A stretch of 64,000 nucleotides of DNA from a virus, in IMG/VR virus record IMGVR_UViG_3300036790_000811, positions 1 through 64,000 of that record. One strand, given 5' to 3'. The notes under the pieces were generated by a model. That model ran no database searches. It worked only from the letters and a program-made list of their open reading frames with translations, and had not been told where the DNA came from. This document shows, in pieces, positions 18,320-28,008 of this stretch. Made by a program: the position numbers and the translations under genes. Each line of letters opens with the position of its first letter. The first letter of the stretch is position 1.

Positions 18320-18802
18320 ATGACCACCCTCTATCCGGATACCACGACATATCCCGGTCCGGCTGTATACCCGGGAACTTCCGGTACCGTCGGCCTGGTA
18401 CTTGACTGGACAGTCGGCAGTCCAGGAACTAACTGGAATATTGGTACGGCGGGAACGGAGTGGAATGTGGCCTACAGTAGTGCGCAGATCACGAGCCTGA
18501 GTACGCAGTACGTATTTGTTCCCGTTCAGGTAACCAAGGCGGGAGCGGCCTATAATCCGACTGCCGACCCGGTGCAGTTCGCTTTTGCTCCTACCGTATT
18601 TTACGTTCCGCAGGATTCAGACTGGGTAGACGGGTCATGGCAGACGATCAGCACCTCCCTGATTTATCCTTACAATGCCCAGTGTCTTGTCGGTCCTTCC
18701 GGGGCAACGGTTCTCACGTCCGGGAATTACGTTATTTACGTGAAAGTTACCGATGATCCGGAAATTCCTGTGCTCACTGCCGGCTCCCTGGCTATTACCT
18801 GA
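18320..18802 (+). CDS. putative virion structural protein
   Basis: YNPTADPVQFAF...YVIYVKVTDDPEIPV. Confidence 0.6.
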   Translation: MTTLYPDTTTYPGPAVYPGTSGTVGLVLDWTVGSPGTNWNIGTAGTEWNVAYSSAQITSLSTQYVFVPVQVTKAGAAYNPTADPVQFAFAPTVFYVPQDSDWVDGSWQTISTSLIYPYNAQCLVGPSGATVLTSGNYVIYVKVTDDPEIPVLTAGSLAIT

Positions 18803-18866
18803 GAAATAACAGGGTGTTACGAAAGAAGCCTGACAATTCACGTAGCTTACGAAAAGGAGCGCCGGA

Positions 18867-21800
18867 ATGGCTGACAAGCGCCGGGTTGCCGCCGCACTGA
18901 AGTCAATTCCCGGGGCTCGCCCCACGATGGCTCCTCAGTCGTCGGGGTACGGTTCCGCGTCGCCTATCGCGGCGATGATGAACCAGCAGAACCAGTTCGC
19001 CAACTCCTATGGTCCTTTCCTGCCCCGGCCGAGCCAGGTGTTCACCGACGGCGCTTTCGGTCCCATGTCGCCCATTCAGCCGGTGCCGGTGGACAATCCC
19101 CCGCCGGGAGGGGAGTTCGCCGACCCCAGAAGCTGGGAATACCGGGTCGGCTGGAACCTTCCGACTCCTCCGGGGACTGAGGGTCTCAAGCTGGCAAGCT
19201 TCCAGCAGCTGAAGACCCTCAGTGAGAAGTACTGTTTGGCACCAGAAACCCGGGTACTCTGCTCGGACTTCACGTGGCGTCAGCTATCGGACATCAGCGT
19301 GGGTGATGAGCTCATCGCGTTTGACGAAGATCCCCCCGCTCGTGGACTGCACCGTAAGATGCGGTTTGCGACAGTGACGGCGTATGACCGGATTACACGT
19401 CCCTGCTACCGGGTGACACTGACAGACGGTCGTACGGTTGTCGCATCCGCCGAGCATCTATGGCTTGCCGGACGTGACAAGGCGGATGGTTCCTGCGCCT
19501 GCGAAATCTGCGGAAAGCAGTTCGGCCGCGCTCAGGGGCTGGGTGTGCACCGCAGGCAGGTTCACGATATCGAGGGTCAGTGGAAGCACAACAACTTCGG
19601 AGCATGGACGGTGACGGCGCAGCTGCGCCCGGGAAGCACTATCCGTGATCTCGGCTCCCCCTGGGAAGAGGATTTTTCCCGGGAAGCCGGCTATCTCTCT
19701 GGCGTTTACGACGGGGAAGCTTCTCTTAATATCGCGAACGGTAATCATAAAGGCTGGGGAATTGGATTCCCGCAGAATGCTGGTCCGGTTTTCGATGAAG
19801 TAGAAGCCATTCTCAAGCGCAAGGAATATGGTTTTCGGATTCACGGTCCAGGTATTAATGACTCCTGTAAGCATATTACGATCAGCGGGATGCGTGATTG
19901 TTTCCGCTTCATGGGAGAAATGCGCCCTCTTCGTCTTCTAGGAAATGCCAGGAAGTGGATAGAGGGAAATAGCCCTTCCCGTGCTGGATGTGCGACCGTG
20001 GAATCCGTAGAATTCCTGGGCGAGCGAGAGGTAATCGCTGCCGGCACGAGCACGAGCACGCTTATTGCGGAAGGGCTGTTTTCGCACAACAGCGTCGCCC
20101 GCGCCTGCATCGACCTGCGCCAGCAGGAGATCCGTGGTCTCGAATGGGAGATCACGATGACCAAGGAAGCGGCGAAGGCATACCAGAACTCGCACGCCAG
20201 GATGAAGGACTTCGGGGTCCGCGCGGCGGAGGCCACGAAGTTCTTCAAGCGTCCCGATCCGGATTATTGGACGTTCAGCTCGTTCATGAACGCGATGCTG
20301 GAAGAGATCTTCGTCTACGACGCCCTGAGTGTCATCTTCCGTCCCAAGTACGGTGCCAAGTTCGGGCGCGGCGGTCGCGGGCTCCTCGGCAGCGACCTGG
20401 ACTCGCTCCGTCTCATTTCGGGACCGACGATCCGTCCCCTGGTGGACCTGCACGGCAACATCCCCAAGGCTCCGGGGACTCCGGCCTACCAGCAGTACCT
20501 GTACGGCGTCCCCCGCTCGGACTACATGTCCATCCTTCGGGGTGACGACATTGCGGGAACCGTCCTGGCGGGGTCGGAATACAACGAGTTCACCGCCGAC
20601 TTGATGCTGTACGCCCCCTACTGGCCGCGCCGGGAGACCCCCTACGGCTTCCCGCCGATTGAGCGCGCCCTCTTGCCGGTGATCGCCGGGCTTCAGAAGC
20701 AGGAATACCAGCTTGACTTCTTCTCCGAGGGTTCGGTTCCGGCGGTCTATATCTCCCCGGGTGACCCCAATATCACCCCGACGCAGATCAAGGAGCTGCA
20801 AGACGCCCTGAACGGGATCGCAGGGGATCCGGCGTACCACATGAAGGTCGTCGTCCTCCCTCCTGGCTCTAAGGTCGAGCCGCAGAAGCCCGTGGATCTC
20901 GCGGACTCCTTCGACCTGCTCGTTCAGACTCAGGTGTGCATGGCATTCGATTGCCAGCCGGCAGAGCTGGGCATTCTGCCGAACGTGGGCAGCAACCAGG
21001 GCGGTGGCGGAGCCTCGGCCGGTGCCATCCGCCTCGGCATGCAAGAAGCCCGGGACATCAAGTCCCGCAAGTCCACGAAGCCGACCCTGCACTTCATCGC
21101 CAGCATCTTCAACTATATCCTTCAGGATGTCTGCGGCCAGAAGGACATGAAGTTCACCTTCGAGGGCCTCGCCGACGACGAGGACCAGCAGGCGATTACC
21201 GACCTCGGCGTCCAGCAGGTCCAGAACGGTATCGCGTCTATCGATGAGGTCCGGGACCGCCTTGATCTTCCCCCATGGGGCCTGTCCGAGACGTCGGAGC
21301 CGGTGGTCTTCACCGCCCAGGGGCCGATCCCGTTCTCCATGGCCCCGCAGCTCATCGCGAACATGCAGGGACAGAACGGAGGGTCGTCGTCATCCGGGAA
21401 CTCGAACAATGGTACCCAGTCCAGCAATTCCGGGCAGCGCACTTCCTCCTCGCGGACGAGGACGAATCAGCCCTCGGTGCGAGCCGGAGGGCAGACCAAG
21501 CCCAACGGCAGTCATCAGGCGCCGATCGCCCCGCATCGCGAGTCCCTGACGCCCGCACATAGTGCCGCCAGCGGGGCCGTGCAGAGCCCTACTCCCCGAA
21601 CTGGCGGCACCCCTTCGCGATCAAGTGTGGCCGGATCGAGGAAGAAGGCGGTGGAGGCTGAGTTCGGTGCCCTGAAGCGCCACCTCCGCAAGGGCCGGCT
21701 GATTACCACCTGGGAAACGCGGCACATTCCCGAGCGGTCCCTGTCCATGATTTCGGAGGACATCGCCAACGGCCTGCTGATTGACTCCGCCGTGGACCGG

Positions 21801-24014
21801 GCCACCGATTTCGTTCTGAAGGACGAAGAGGACATCTTTGAGCCGATCGTGGCCAAGGCACAGCAGTGGCCGGGCTGGGAGCGCGATCTCGGGCTCGTCG
21901 GTGCCTATAAGCAGCAGATTGAGGGAGCCTTTGCCGTTGCCCAGGCCAAGGGTGAGCAACTGCGCCACAAGGCGGCCAACGGGGGCATGTTCGTCTCCAG
22001 CTCTGCCCTGCGGGGACTCATTTCGGATGAGATGCATGACACTTTCCTGGGGGTTCTCCAGCCTCTGTGGAGCGAAGCGTGGCACCTCGGTTACGAGGCG
22101 GCCAAATCTCTGGTCACGGGCCAGGACGCGGACTTCGCCGTCAAGCACGAGAGCGGTGCGCTCGACGGGTTTATCGACACCCAGGGCGCTCACTGGGCGG
22201 AACAGATCGCCCGGACCGGCCTGAAGAACGAGAACGCCCGGACTGAGGCTATCGCCCGGACCGAAATAGCCCGCGCCGTGAACGCGGCGGCCATCCAGGC
22301 GTACCGGGACTACGGTGTCACCCACAAGCAGCTCATGCTTGCTCCTGATGACGCCTGCGACATCTGCAAGGATGCCGAGGATGAGGGTGTCATCCCGCTG
22401 GACGCGATCTTTCCTCAGGGAGGTCTTGGCGGTCCACTTCATGTTTCGTGCCGATGTGTCCCTGTCGCCGCCGGGATCGAGTTGGAGCCTCCGCAGGGAC
22501 ATCTCGGCAAGAGCCTTCTCGGGGATCTGGCTGCATCCGGTCCCTTTCCTTCCAGTGGGCCCGATCACCCCTACAGGCAGGACGGGCAGTCCGGAGCTGG
22601 CAACTGCGAGTGCGGTCATGCCGCAAGTGCACACGAAGATAAGTCCCGGCTTGCTTGGCTGCTGATGCGCGCCCGGGATGATGACGGCAAGTACCGCTTC
22701 CTGCTCCAGCAGCGGGACGACGGCACCTGGGGTATGCCCGGCGGCACGACTCACGTCGGGGAAGATCCGTGGGACGCCGCTATCCGCGAGTGTACGGAAG
22801 AAGTCGGGGACCTTCCGGGCATGACCGTGGCCGCCACGTTCCACCACGAGGAAGACAATGGCGCTCGCGCCTACGTCTGGATGGTGGACGTTCCCTATTT
22901 CCAGCCGAAGATGAACGGCTCGACTCCCGAGGAGACCCAGGGTGTCGCCTGGTTCCGGCGCAAGGAGATCGACAAGCTTAACCTGACCGGAAAGTTCCGC
23001 GAAGACTGGGAGCAGACGCCCGATATCCGGGAGTACGCCACCAAGAACCAGAACATGGTGAACGAATCCGGTGAGCGACTGGCGATCGTGGACTCCCAGG
23101 CACCGCTGCACGCTTCGGGAGCGCGGTGGCCCTACCCGAACCGGTCGCCGAACGGCTTTCCGATCGAGGACCCGCACTACAACCAGGCACCGGGCGAAAT
23201 GGGAGCCAGCGAGCCTCCCCGCAAGGACCTGGACAGCGATACCCCGACCCGGCTGTACCCCAGGGGTACCGAAGACGAGAAATTCCCGCCCAGGAGGGGA
23301 AAGGGCAAGCCCGCCAAGAAGTTCCCGGAGCAGGGCGACGAACAGTGGCCCGAGACCGAGAACGGCGGAGCGCAATCATCGTCCGCTCAGGTAGGGGGCA
23401 ATACGGGAGTCCCGAAAGCGGGTCCCGTGCCGGCGGTAGGGAGCGTCCCGGCGAAGACGCCGACTCCGATGGCGCCCCGGAGTGTTCCTCCGCAGGTTTA
23501 CGATCCCGCTGACGCGGTGGCGACGGAAGAAGACGGGGAAATCGCGTACTACCCCCAGCCGAAGCCGAAGAAGGGAAAGGGTGCCGCGAATTACACGGAC
23601 CCTTCTCCGGTGGACGCCGAGCACGTATACGTTCAGCTCGCCAGGAATTTCCCACCAAAAGCTATTGCCTGGGTTCAGCGAGCTCGATGGATCGGCCCCA
23701 TCTGGATTCCGTGGGATCGGATTGATACTGACGACCAGGATGAATGGGCCGCCTCCCACCAGCCTGAGCACGTGAAAGATTTCATGCGCCAGATCAAGGA
23801 TCATGACGGCCGGATCGTCCCGTCGGTCCTGGTTCAGGAGCCAGACGGCGGAAAGGCGTTCATCGTAGACGGTCATCACCGTGCTCTCGCCCGGGAAAAG
23901 CTGGAGCAGCCGGTGCTCGCTTATCTCGGGACGATTAACCCGGATGATCGGCAGGCGGCACTGGAAACCCATAGCGCCCAGGTTCATCACGGTGCCGACC
24001 ATGACAATAACTGA
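18867..24014 (+). CDS. portal protein fused to MuF, Nudix and ParB-like domains, intein-interrupted
   Basis: Portal region (PYGFPPIER, DEVRDRLDLPP); MuF IARTE...CDIC...PLHVSCRC; Nudix box GGTTHVGEDPWDAAIRECTEEVG; IVDGHHR. Confidence 0.88.
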   Translation: MADKRRVAAALKSIPGARPTMAPQSSGYGSASPIAAMMNQQNQFANSYGPFLPRPSQVFTDGAFGPMSPIQPVPVDNPPPGGEFADPRSWEYRVGWNLPTPPGTEGLKLASFQQLKTLSEKYCLAPETRVLCSDFTWRQLSDISVGDELIAFDEDPPARGLHRKMRFATVTAYDRITRPCYRVTLTDGRTVVASAEHLWLAGRDKADGSCACEICGKQFGRAQGLGVHRRQVHDIEGQWKHNNFGAWTVTAQLRPGSTIRDLGSPWEEDFSREAGYLSGVYDGEASLNIANGNHKGWGIGFPQNAGPVFDEVEAILKRKEYGFRIHGPGINDSCKHITISGMRDCFRFMGEMRPLRLLGNARKWIEGNSPSRAGCATVESVEFLGEREVIAAGTSTSTLIAEGLFSHNSVARACIDLRQQEIRGLEWEITMTKEAAKAYQNSHARMKDFGVRAAEATKFFKRPDPDYWTFSSFMNAMLEEIFVYDALSVIFRPKYGAKFGRGGRGLLGSDLDSLRLISGPTIRPLVDLHGNIPKAPGTPAYQQYLYGVPRSDYMSILRGDDIAGTVLAGSEYNEFTADLMLYAPYWPRRETPYGFPPIERALLPVIAGLQKQEYQLDFFSEGSVPAVYISPGDPNITPTQIKELQDALNGIAGDPAYHMKVVVLPPGSKVEPQKPVDLADSFDLLVQTQVCMAFDCQPAELGILPNVGSNQGGGGASAGAIRLGMQEARDIKSRKSTKPTLHFIASIFNYILQDVCGQKDMKFTFEGLADDEDQQAITDLGVQQVQNGIASIDEVRDRLDLPPWGLSETSEPVVFTAQGPIPFSMAPQLIANMQGQNGGSSSSGNSNNGTQSSNSGQRTSSSRTRTNQPSVRAGGQTKPNGSHQAPIAPHRESLTPAHSAASGAVQSPTPRTGGTPSRSSVAGSRKKAVEAEFGALKRHLRKGRLITTWETRHIPERSLSMISEDIANGLLIDSAVDRATDFVLKDEEDIFEPIVAKAQQWPGWERDLGLVGAYKQQIEGAFAVAQAKGEQLRHKAANGGMFVSSSALRGLISDEMHDTFLGVLQPLWSEAWHLGYEAAKSLVTGQDADFAVKHESGALDGFIDTQGAHWAEQIARTGLKNENARTEAIARTEIARAVNAAAIQAYRDYGVTHKQLMLAPDDACDICKDAEDEGVIPLDAIFPQGGLGGPLHVSCRCVPVAAGIELEPPQGHLGKSLLGDLAASGPFPSSGPDHPYRQDGQSGAGNCECGHAASAHEDKSRLAWLLMRARDDDGKYRFLLQQRDDGTWGMPGGTTHVGEDPWDAAIRECTEEVGDLPGMTVAATFHHEEDNGARAYVWMVDVPYFQPKMNGSTPEETQGVAWFRRKEIDKLNLTGKFREDWEQTPDIREYATKNQNMVNESGERLAIVDSQAPLHASGARWPYPNRSPNGFPIEDPHYNQAPGEMGASEPPRKDLDSDTPTRLYPRGTEDEKFPPRRGKGKPAKKFPEQGDEQWPETENGGAQSSSAQVGGNTGVPKAGPVPAVGSVPAKTPTPMAPRSVPPQVYDPADAVATEEDGEIAYYPQPKPKKGKGAANYTDPSPVDAEHVYVQLARNFPPKAIAWVQRARWIGPIWIPWDRIDTDDQDEWAASHQPEHVKDFMRQIKDHDGRIVPSVLVQEPDGGKAFIVDGHHRALAREKLEQPVLAYLGTINPDDRQAALETHSAQVHHGADHDNN
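19233..20090 (+). mobile_element. intein (286 aa) with LAGLIDADG-like motif
   Basis: KY|CLAPETRV...ASAEHLW...YLSGVYDGEAS...IAEGLFSHN|S. Confidence 0.9.
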
Positions 24015-24565
24015 GAAGCTCCTGCTTCCAGATAGTCCACCATGGCCTGCAGTCTTTTGATGTCATCTTTTACCCATCCAAGAATCAGGTTGCAGTCTTT
24101 ACAGAGAAGGCCTCGAATCTTTCCTGACTCATGGCAGTGGTCGATCGACATCCTGGCGGTCTTATTGCCGCATATGTCGCAACCATCTCCAGCTCGGCGC
24201 CGCGCCTCTACCTTGAGCCCGTCTGGGCCATAGATTCGGCGTACACGTGCGACTCGCTGGTTTTGGAGACTGCGTTCTTTGTTTGCGTGATGCCACTCCA
24301 GGGAGTTCTTGGACATGCATCGTTTACAGATGCGCTGTCGTTTGTCCCGGTAACGTATGTTTTTCCCGAATCCTTCAATCGGTTTTTCTTCGTCGCATCG
24401 AGTGCACGTTCGCTTGGTGTCGCCTAGCACCACGGGCGCCGGGGCTCTAGAGATGAACACGTCCCCATATGTCATGAATCTTCGATAGTGGAGTCGGCAG
24501 TAGCCCCTCGCGACGTGCGGCCGAACGCAGTCGGGGACATCGCATTTCCTTTCTTTTGGTGTCAT
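23987..24565 (-). CDS. endonuclease VII-like homing endonuclease (HEG2)
   Basis: CDIC...IDHCHESGKIRGLLCKDCNLILG. Confidence 0.85.
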   Translation of the reverse strand: MTPKERKCDVPDCVRPHVARGYCRLHYRRFMTYGDVFISRAPAPVVLGDTKRTCTRCDEEKPIEGFGKNIRYRDKRQRICKRCMSKNSLEWHHANKERSLQNQRVARVRRIYGPDGLKVEARRRAGDGCDICGNKTARMSIDHCHESGKIRGLLCKDCNLILGWVKDDIKRLQAMVDYLEAGASQLLSWSAP

Positions 24566-24602
24566 AAATTCAATCTTAGCAAAGAAGGTGAGGTGATGTA
24601 GG

Positions 24603-24925
24603 ATGGTCGAGAAGTCTGAGCAGACTCCGACGCTTAGCAGCGAGCATCACCCTCTCGGAAGGGAGGGCTTGTGGCGCACTCCAAGTAAGCGCGTTCCGGA
24701 GAAACAGCAGCTTCCGGCTTATTTAACATCCAGAACATCGCCCGCGCCCTCATGAGAGACCAGGGCATGGATGAATCGCAGGCCATCGCCACTGCCGTCA
24801 ATGCGGTGAAGCGCTGGGCGCAGGGCCATCTCGGGGAAGGCGGAGGCCAGGTGCACCCTGAAGTGGTAGCCGCCTCCCGTGCTGCGCTTGACGAATGGCG
24901 CAAGCTCCGGGAAGAACATCAGTGA
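24603..24925 (+). CDS. head-module protein interrupted by a frame break at TTA 24723 (recoded gene)
   Basis: MVEKSEQ...QQLPAY | TTAAC | IQNIARALMRDQGMDESQAIATAVNAVKRWAQG...; GAGGTG SD; ends in a GTGA overlap with the next gene. Confidence 0.7.
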
Positions 24926-25137
24926 AGCGCCACACTAAGCAGATCCGCAAGCGCCGGGAACGAGCCGAACGCGCGTTGATCGAACTCGCTCTCGCGCTTG
25001 ACAAATGTGATTCTCTCGGGGTAAAACTTGAACATGGAATAGCCGTGTCCAGATACGGTTATGTGATCCCGTTCAAGAAAGGCTGGGGCGTCCGCATGAT
25101 GGCGGAGTCCGGCCGCGACGAAGACTACTTCGACTAA
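24922..25137 (+). CDS. small basic hypothetical protein
   Basis: GTG start KRHTKQIRKRRE. Confidence 0.55.
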   Translation: MKRHTKQIRKRRERAERALIELALALDKCDSLGVKLEHGIAVSRYGYVIPFKKGWGVRMMAESGRDEDYFD

Positions 25138-25146
25138 TGACTTTCC

Positions 25147-25168
25147 AGCCCGCTTTGCGGGCTTTTTT
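25147..25168 (+). terminator. intrinsic terminator
   Basis: AGCCCGC-TTT-GCGGGCT followed by TTTTT. Confidence 0.7.
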
Positions 25169-25191
25169 GATGCCCGTACCCATGGAGGCGT

Positions 25192-27975
25192 GTGGCTGCC
25201 ACTCTGACTAATGACAACGAGATCCTCTACAGCAGCTTCCCGATCGAGAAGACCGAGACGACTGAAGACGGGGACCTGATTGTCTACGGCAAGGCGTCAG
25301 ACGGCGGCCTGGACTCCGACAGTCAGATCGTAGATCCCAAGTGGATGGCGAAGGCGGCTCAGGAATGGCTGAGTACGGGCGGCAATCTTCGGGTGCAGCA
25401 CTCGGCGCAGCGCGATCCTGCCGGGGTTGGCCTGGAAGCCACAACCGACGACTCAGGGAGTACGTGGGTTAAGGGGCTTGTTGTCGAGCCGGTTGCCCAG
25501 AAGCTTGTCAGCAAGGGCGCACTTCGTGCTTACTCGGTGGGTATTGCCCGTCCGACTATTACGCGAGACGCTTCTGCCCCGGGAGGCCGGATCATCGGCG
25601 GCGAGCTCGTAGAAATTTCGCTTGTAGACAGGCCCGCTAACAAGCGATGCGGAATCCAGCTCGTGAAGTCCGCGAGTGACGGTACTCCTGAATATGTCGG
25701 TGAGGTCTTCGGCTCCGAGGAGGACATCTCCAAGGCCCTGGGCGCGGATACCGTCAAGAACTACGACGCTGACGGGGAAGTCCCCGAGTCTTCCATTCCG
25801 CTGGCACAGGACACGGTGTTCTCGTTCACGCCGAACGACCTGGCGAAGATCGTCAAGTCTAAGGTCATCGAGGAACACTACGCCGAGCTGGCGATGAAGG
25901 CCATCGGTGATGCGGAATACGAAATTCTCGGTAAGGATCACCGCGAGTTCACCACTGATCGCCGCAAGGATCTTGCCGGACAGGGCAATGCCCTTCCGGA
26001 TGGCAGTTACCCCATTCCCGATAAGGACGCCCTTCGTCGTGCCGCCATCCTGGCGCGCTCCGGGCACGGAAACGCAGCGGCAGCGCGCCGCCTGATTGCC
26101 CGTAGGGCGAAGGAGCTTGGTGTGGCAAATCCGCTCGACGCGGACGACAAGGTCAAGAACGAGGATGTGACGACCGCCCCCGTGGCTGAGCCGGAGGTTC
26201 CCAAGGAGGCGGACGCGGACGTCACGAAGGACCCCGCCGACGGTGACGGTCCCGGCCCGGTGGACAAGAAGAAGCCGAAGAAGGGCAAGAACGGGAAGCC
26301 CCTTCCGCCCTGGCTCCAGGACAACAAGGGCAACTCCAAGTCCGGTGACTCGCCGTCGAACAAGCAGGACAACTCCGGTGACGGGGATGACGCTGACGAC
26401 GATGACGACGACAAGAAAGACATGGACTGCAAGCTCCAGCACACTCACACCGAGAAGTGCCACCCGAGCGGCACTCCGCAGAGCACCTCTGGCGCCAAGG
26501 ACTCTCCCCCGATGAAGGAGATCCCGGACCCGGGCGCGGCGGAGTACACCCCCATGCCTGCCGGGCGGGCGACAGAACACCACAAGGGCGCCAACCCGGA
26601 GCAGGTCGCACTCATGCGCTTCAAGAGCGTGGGCATGGATCCCGACCTCGGCCGTCTTCACGACCTGACCTGTGCCGCGTTCCACCCGGAGGACGTCGCC
26701 AAGTATCACCCGTTCGCGGATTTCGCTTCCACGATCGACACCGGGGTCTGGCAGCGCAAGGCCGTAGACGCGGCCTGCGGCCCGCTGGACCAGGCGATGG
26801 CGATGACCCAGGTGTGGCAGGCGGCGGAGACGCTCAAGGGCGCCGACCTGGCTGACCTCAACGACTACCGGCTGGCGCTGCACAAGGCGTTCCGGGACGC
26901 GAATCCCGGGCCGTCCAGCTATCCGTCGCCGGGCTCCATTTCGCCGGACCGTTACAACCGGCCGCTGATCACGGACGGGCACGAGACGTCGTCGCCCGGA
27001 CATGACGGACCGAACTCCTCTCCCGACGTCGCTTCGCACGCGCCGTCCGGCGGGGACCATTTCGACCGCCCCCCGCTGGGGGAGGGTCATCAGTCGCCGT
27101 CCCCCTCGTTCATGAAGGGCGGCTTCCCGTACCCGACTGAGCAGGGCGTGCCGACCAAGGTCCCCTTCGCCCACGCCGAGAAGGAGCGCGCCCGTCAGGC
27201 TCTGAGCCTGATGCACGATCATCTCGCCCGGATGTTCCCGAGTGCCTGCCCCATGCATGAGCAGGACCCTCACCGCGTTGACCAGCGCCCGGCGGTGCCG
27301 GAGCCGGTCGGCAAGACGGTAGAGCCGGAGGCTCAGGCCGAAGCGGTGAGCAAGTCCGAGACTCCCGGGAACGTCTTCAAGGCGGAAGTCGGCGACGACG
27401 AGGTCATCAAGGGCATTCGCAAGAAGCTGGCCAAGAAGGTTCTGAGCGGCAAGCTGACCGTGGACGAGGCGCGCGCCAAGCTGGGCCGCGCTCGTGCCCA
27501 GAAGTCTGACGAGCCCGACGAGAACGTCGTCAAGGGCCTGTTCGAGACCGGGAAGATCACCCGGGAAGAGGCGCTCAAGCAGCTGGGACTCCAGGAGCCG
27601 GCGGCTCCCGCTCCCGCTGTCAAGGCAGCCGTCCCCGACGTCCCGACTCTTACCCCGGACATCATCAAGTCCGCGATTACGGAGGCTATCGCCCCGATCG
27701 CGCAGGAGCTGGCCAAGGCCAGGGAAACGATCGATGAGCAGCAGAAGGCTCTCGACGTCCTGGCTGACCAGCCCGACCCGAGCACCGCCGCGTTTGCTGG
27801 AATCGCGGTGAATAAGTCGAGTCGCCCGGCGGGCGTCCCGACCCAGGCTGAGATCGCGGAGCGAACTCAGACGATGGTTATGCGGCAGCTCGACAGGGCT
27901 TACCGCACCAGCGAGAACCCCGCAGAGCGGGAAGCCGCCTTCCAGGCGCTTAGCAAGTACCGCGCATTTGAGTAA
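25192..27975 (+). CDS. prohead protease / scaffold fusion
   Basis: IVYGKASD...RVQH...YSVGI...EISLVDRPAN; ALPDGSYPI module; long acidic/Pro-rich scaffold-like tail. Confidence 0.85.
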   Translation: MAATLTNDNEILYSSFPIEKTETTEDGDLIVYGKASDGGLDSDSQIVDPKWMAKAAQEWLSTGGNLRVQHSAQRDPAGVGLEATTDDSGSTWVKGLVVEPVAQKLVSKGALRAYSVGIARPTITRDASAPGGRIIGGELVEISLVDRPANKRCGIQLVKSASDGTPEYVGEVFGSEEDISKALGADTVKNYDADGEVPESSIPLAQDTVFSFTPNDLAKIVKSKVIEEHYAELAMKAIGDAEYEILGKDHREFTTDRRKDLAGQGNALPDGSYPIPDKDALRRAAILARSGHGNAAAARRLIARRAKELGVANPLDADDKVKNEDVTTAPVAEPEVPKEADADVTKDPADGDGPGPVDKKKPKKGKNGKPLPPWLQDNKGNSKSGDSPSNKQDNSGDGDDADDDDDDKKDMDCKLQHTHTEKCHPSGTPQSTSGAKDSPPMKEIPDPGAAEYTPMPAGRATEHHKGANPEQVALMRFKSVGMDPDLGRLHDLTCAAFHPEDVAKYHPFADFASTIDTGVWQRKAVDAACGPLDQAMAMTQVWQAAETLKGADLADLNDYRLALHKAFRDANPGPSSYPSPGSISPDRYNRPLITDGHETSSPGHDGPNSSPDVASHAPSGGDHFDRPPLGEGHQSPSPSFMKGGFPYPTEQGVPTKVPFAHAEKERARQALSLMHDHLARMFPSACPMHEQDPHRVDQRPAVPEPVGKTVEPEAQAEAVSKSETPGNVFKAEVGDDEVIKGIRKKLAKKVLSGKLTVDEARAKLGRARAQKSDEPDENVVKGLFETGKITREEALKQLGLQEPAAPAPAVKAAVPDVPTLTPDIIKSAITEAIAPIAQELAKARETIDEQQKALDVLADQPDPSTAAFAGIAVNKSSRPAGVPTQAEIAERTQTMVMRQLDRAYRTSENPAEREAAFQALSKYRAFE

Positions 27976-28008
27976 TAGCTCCGCAAAGATCTTCAGTTTG
28001 GAGGAAGT

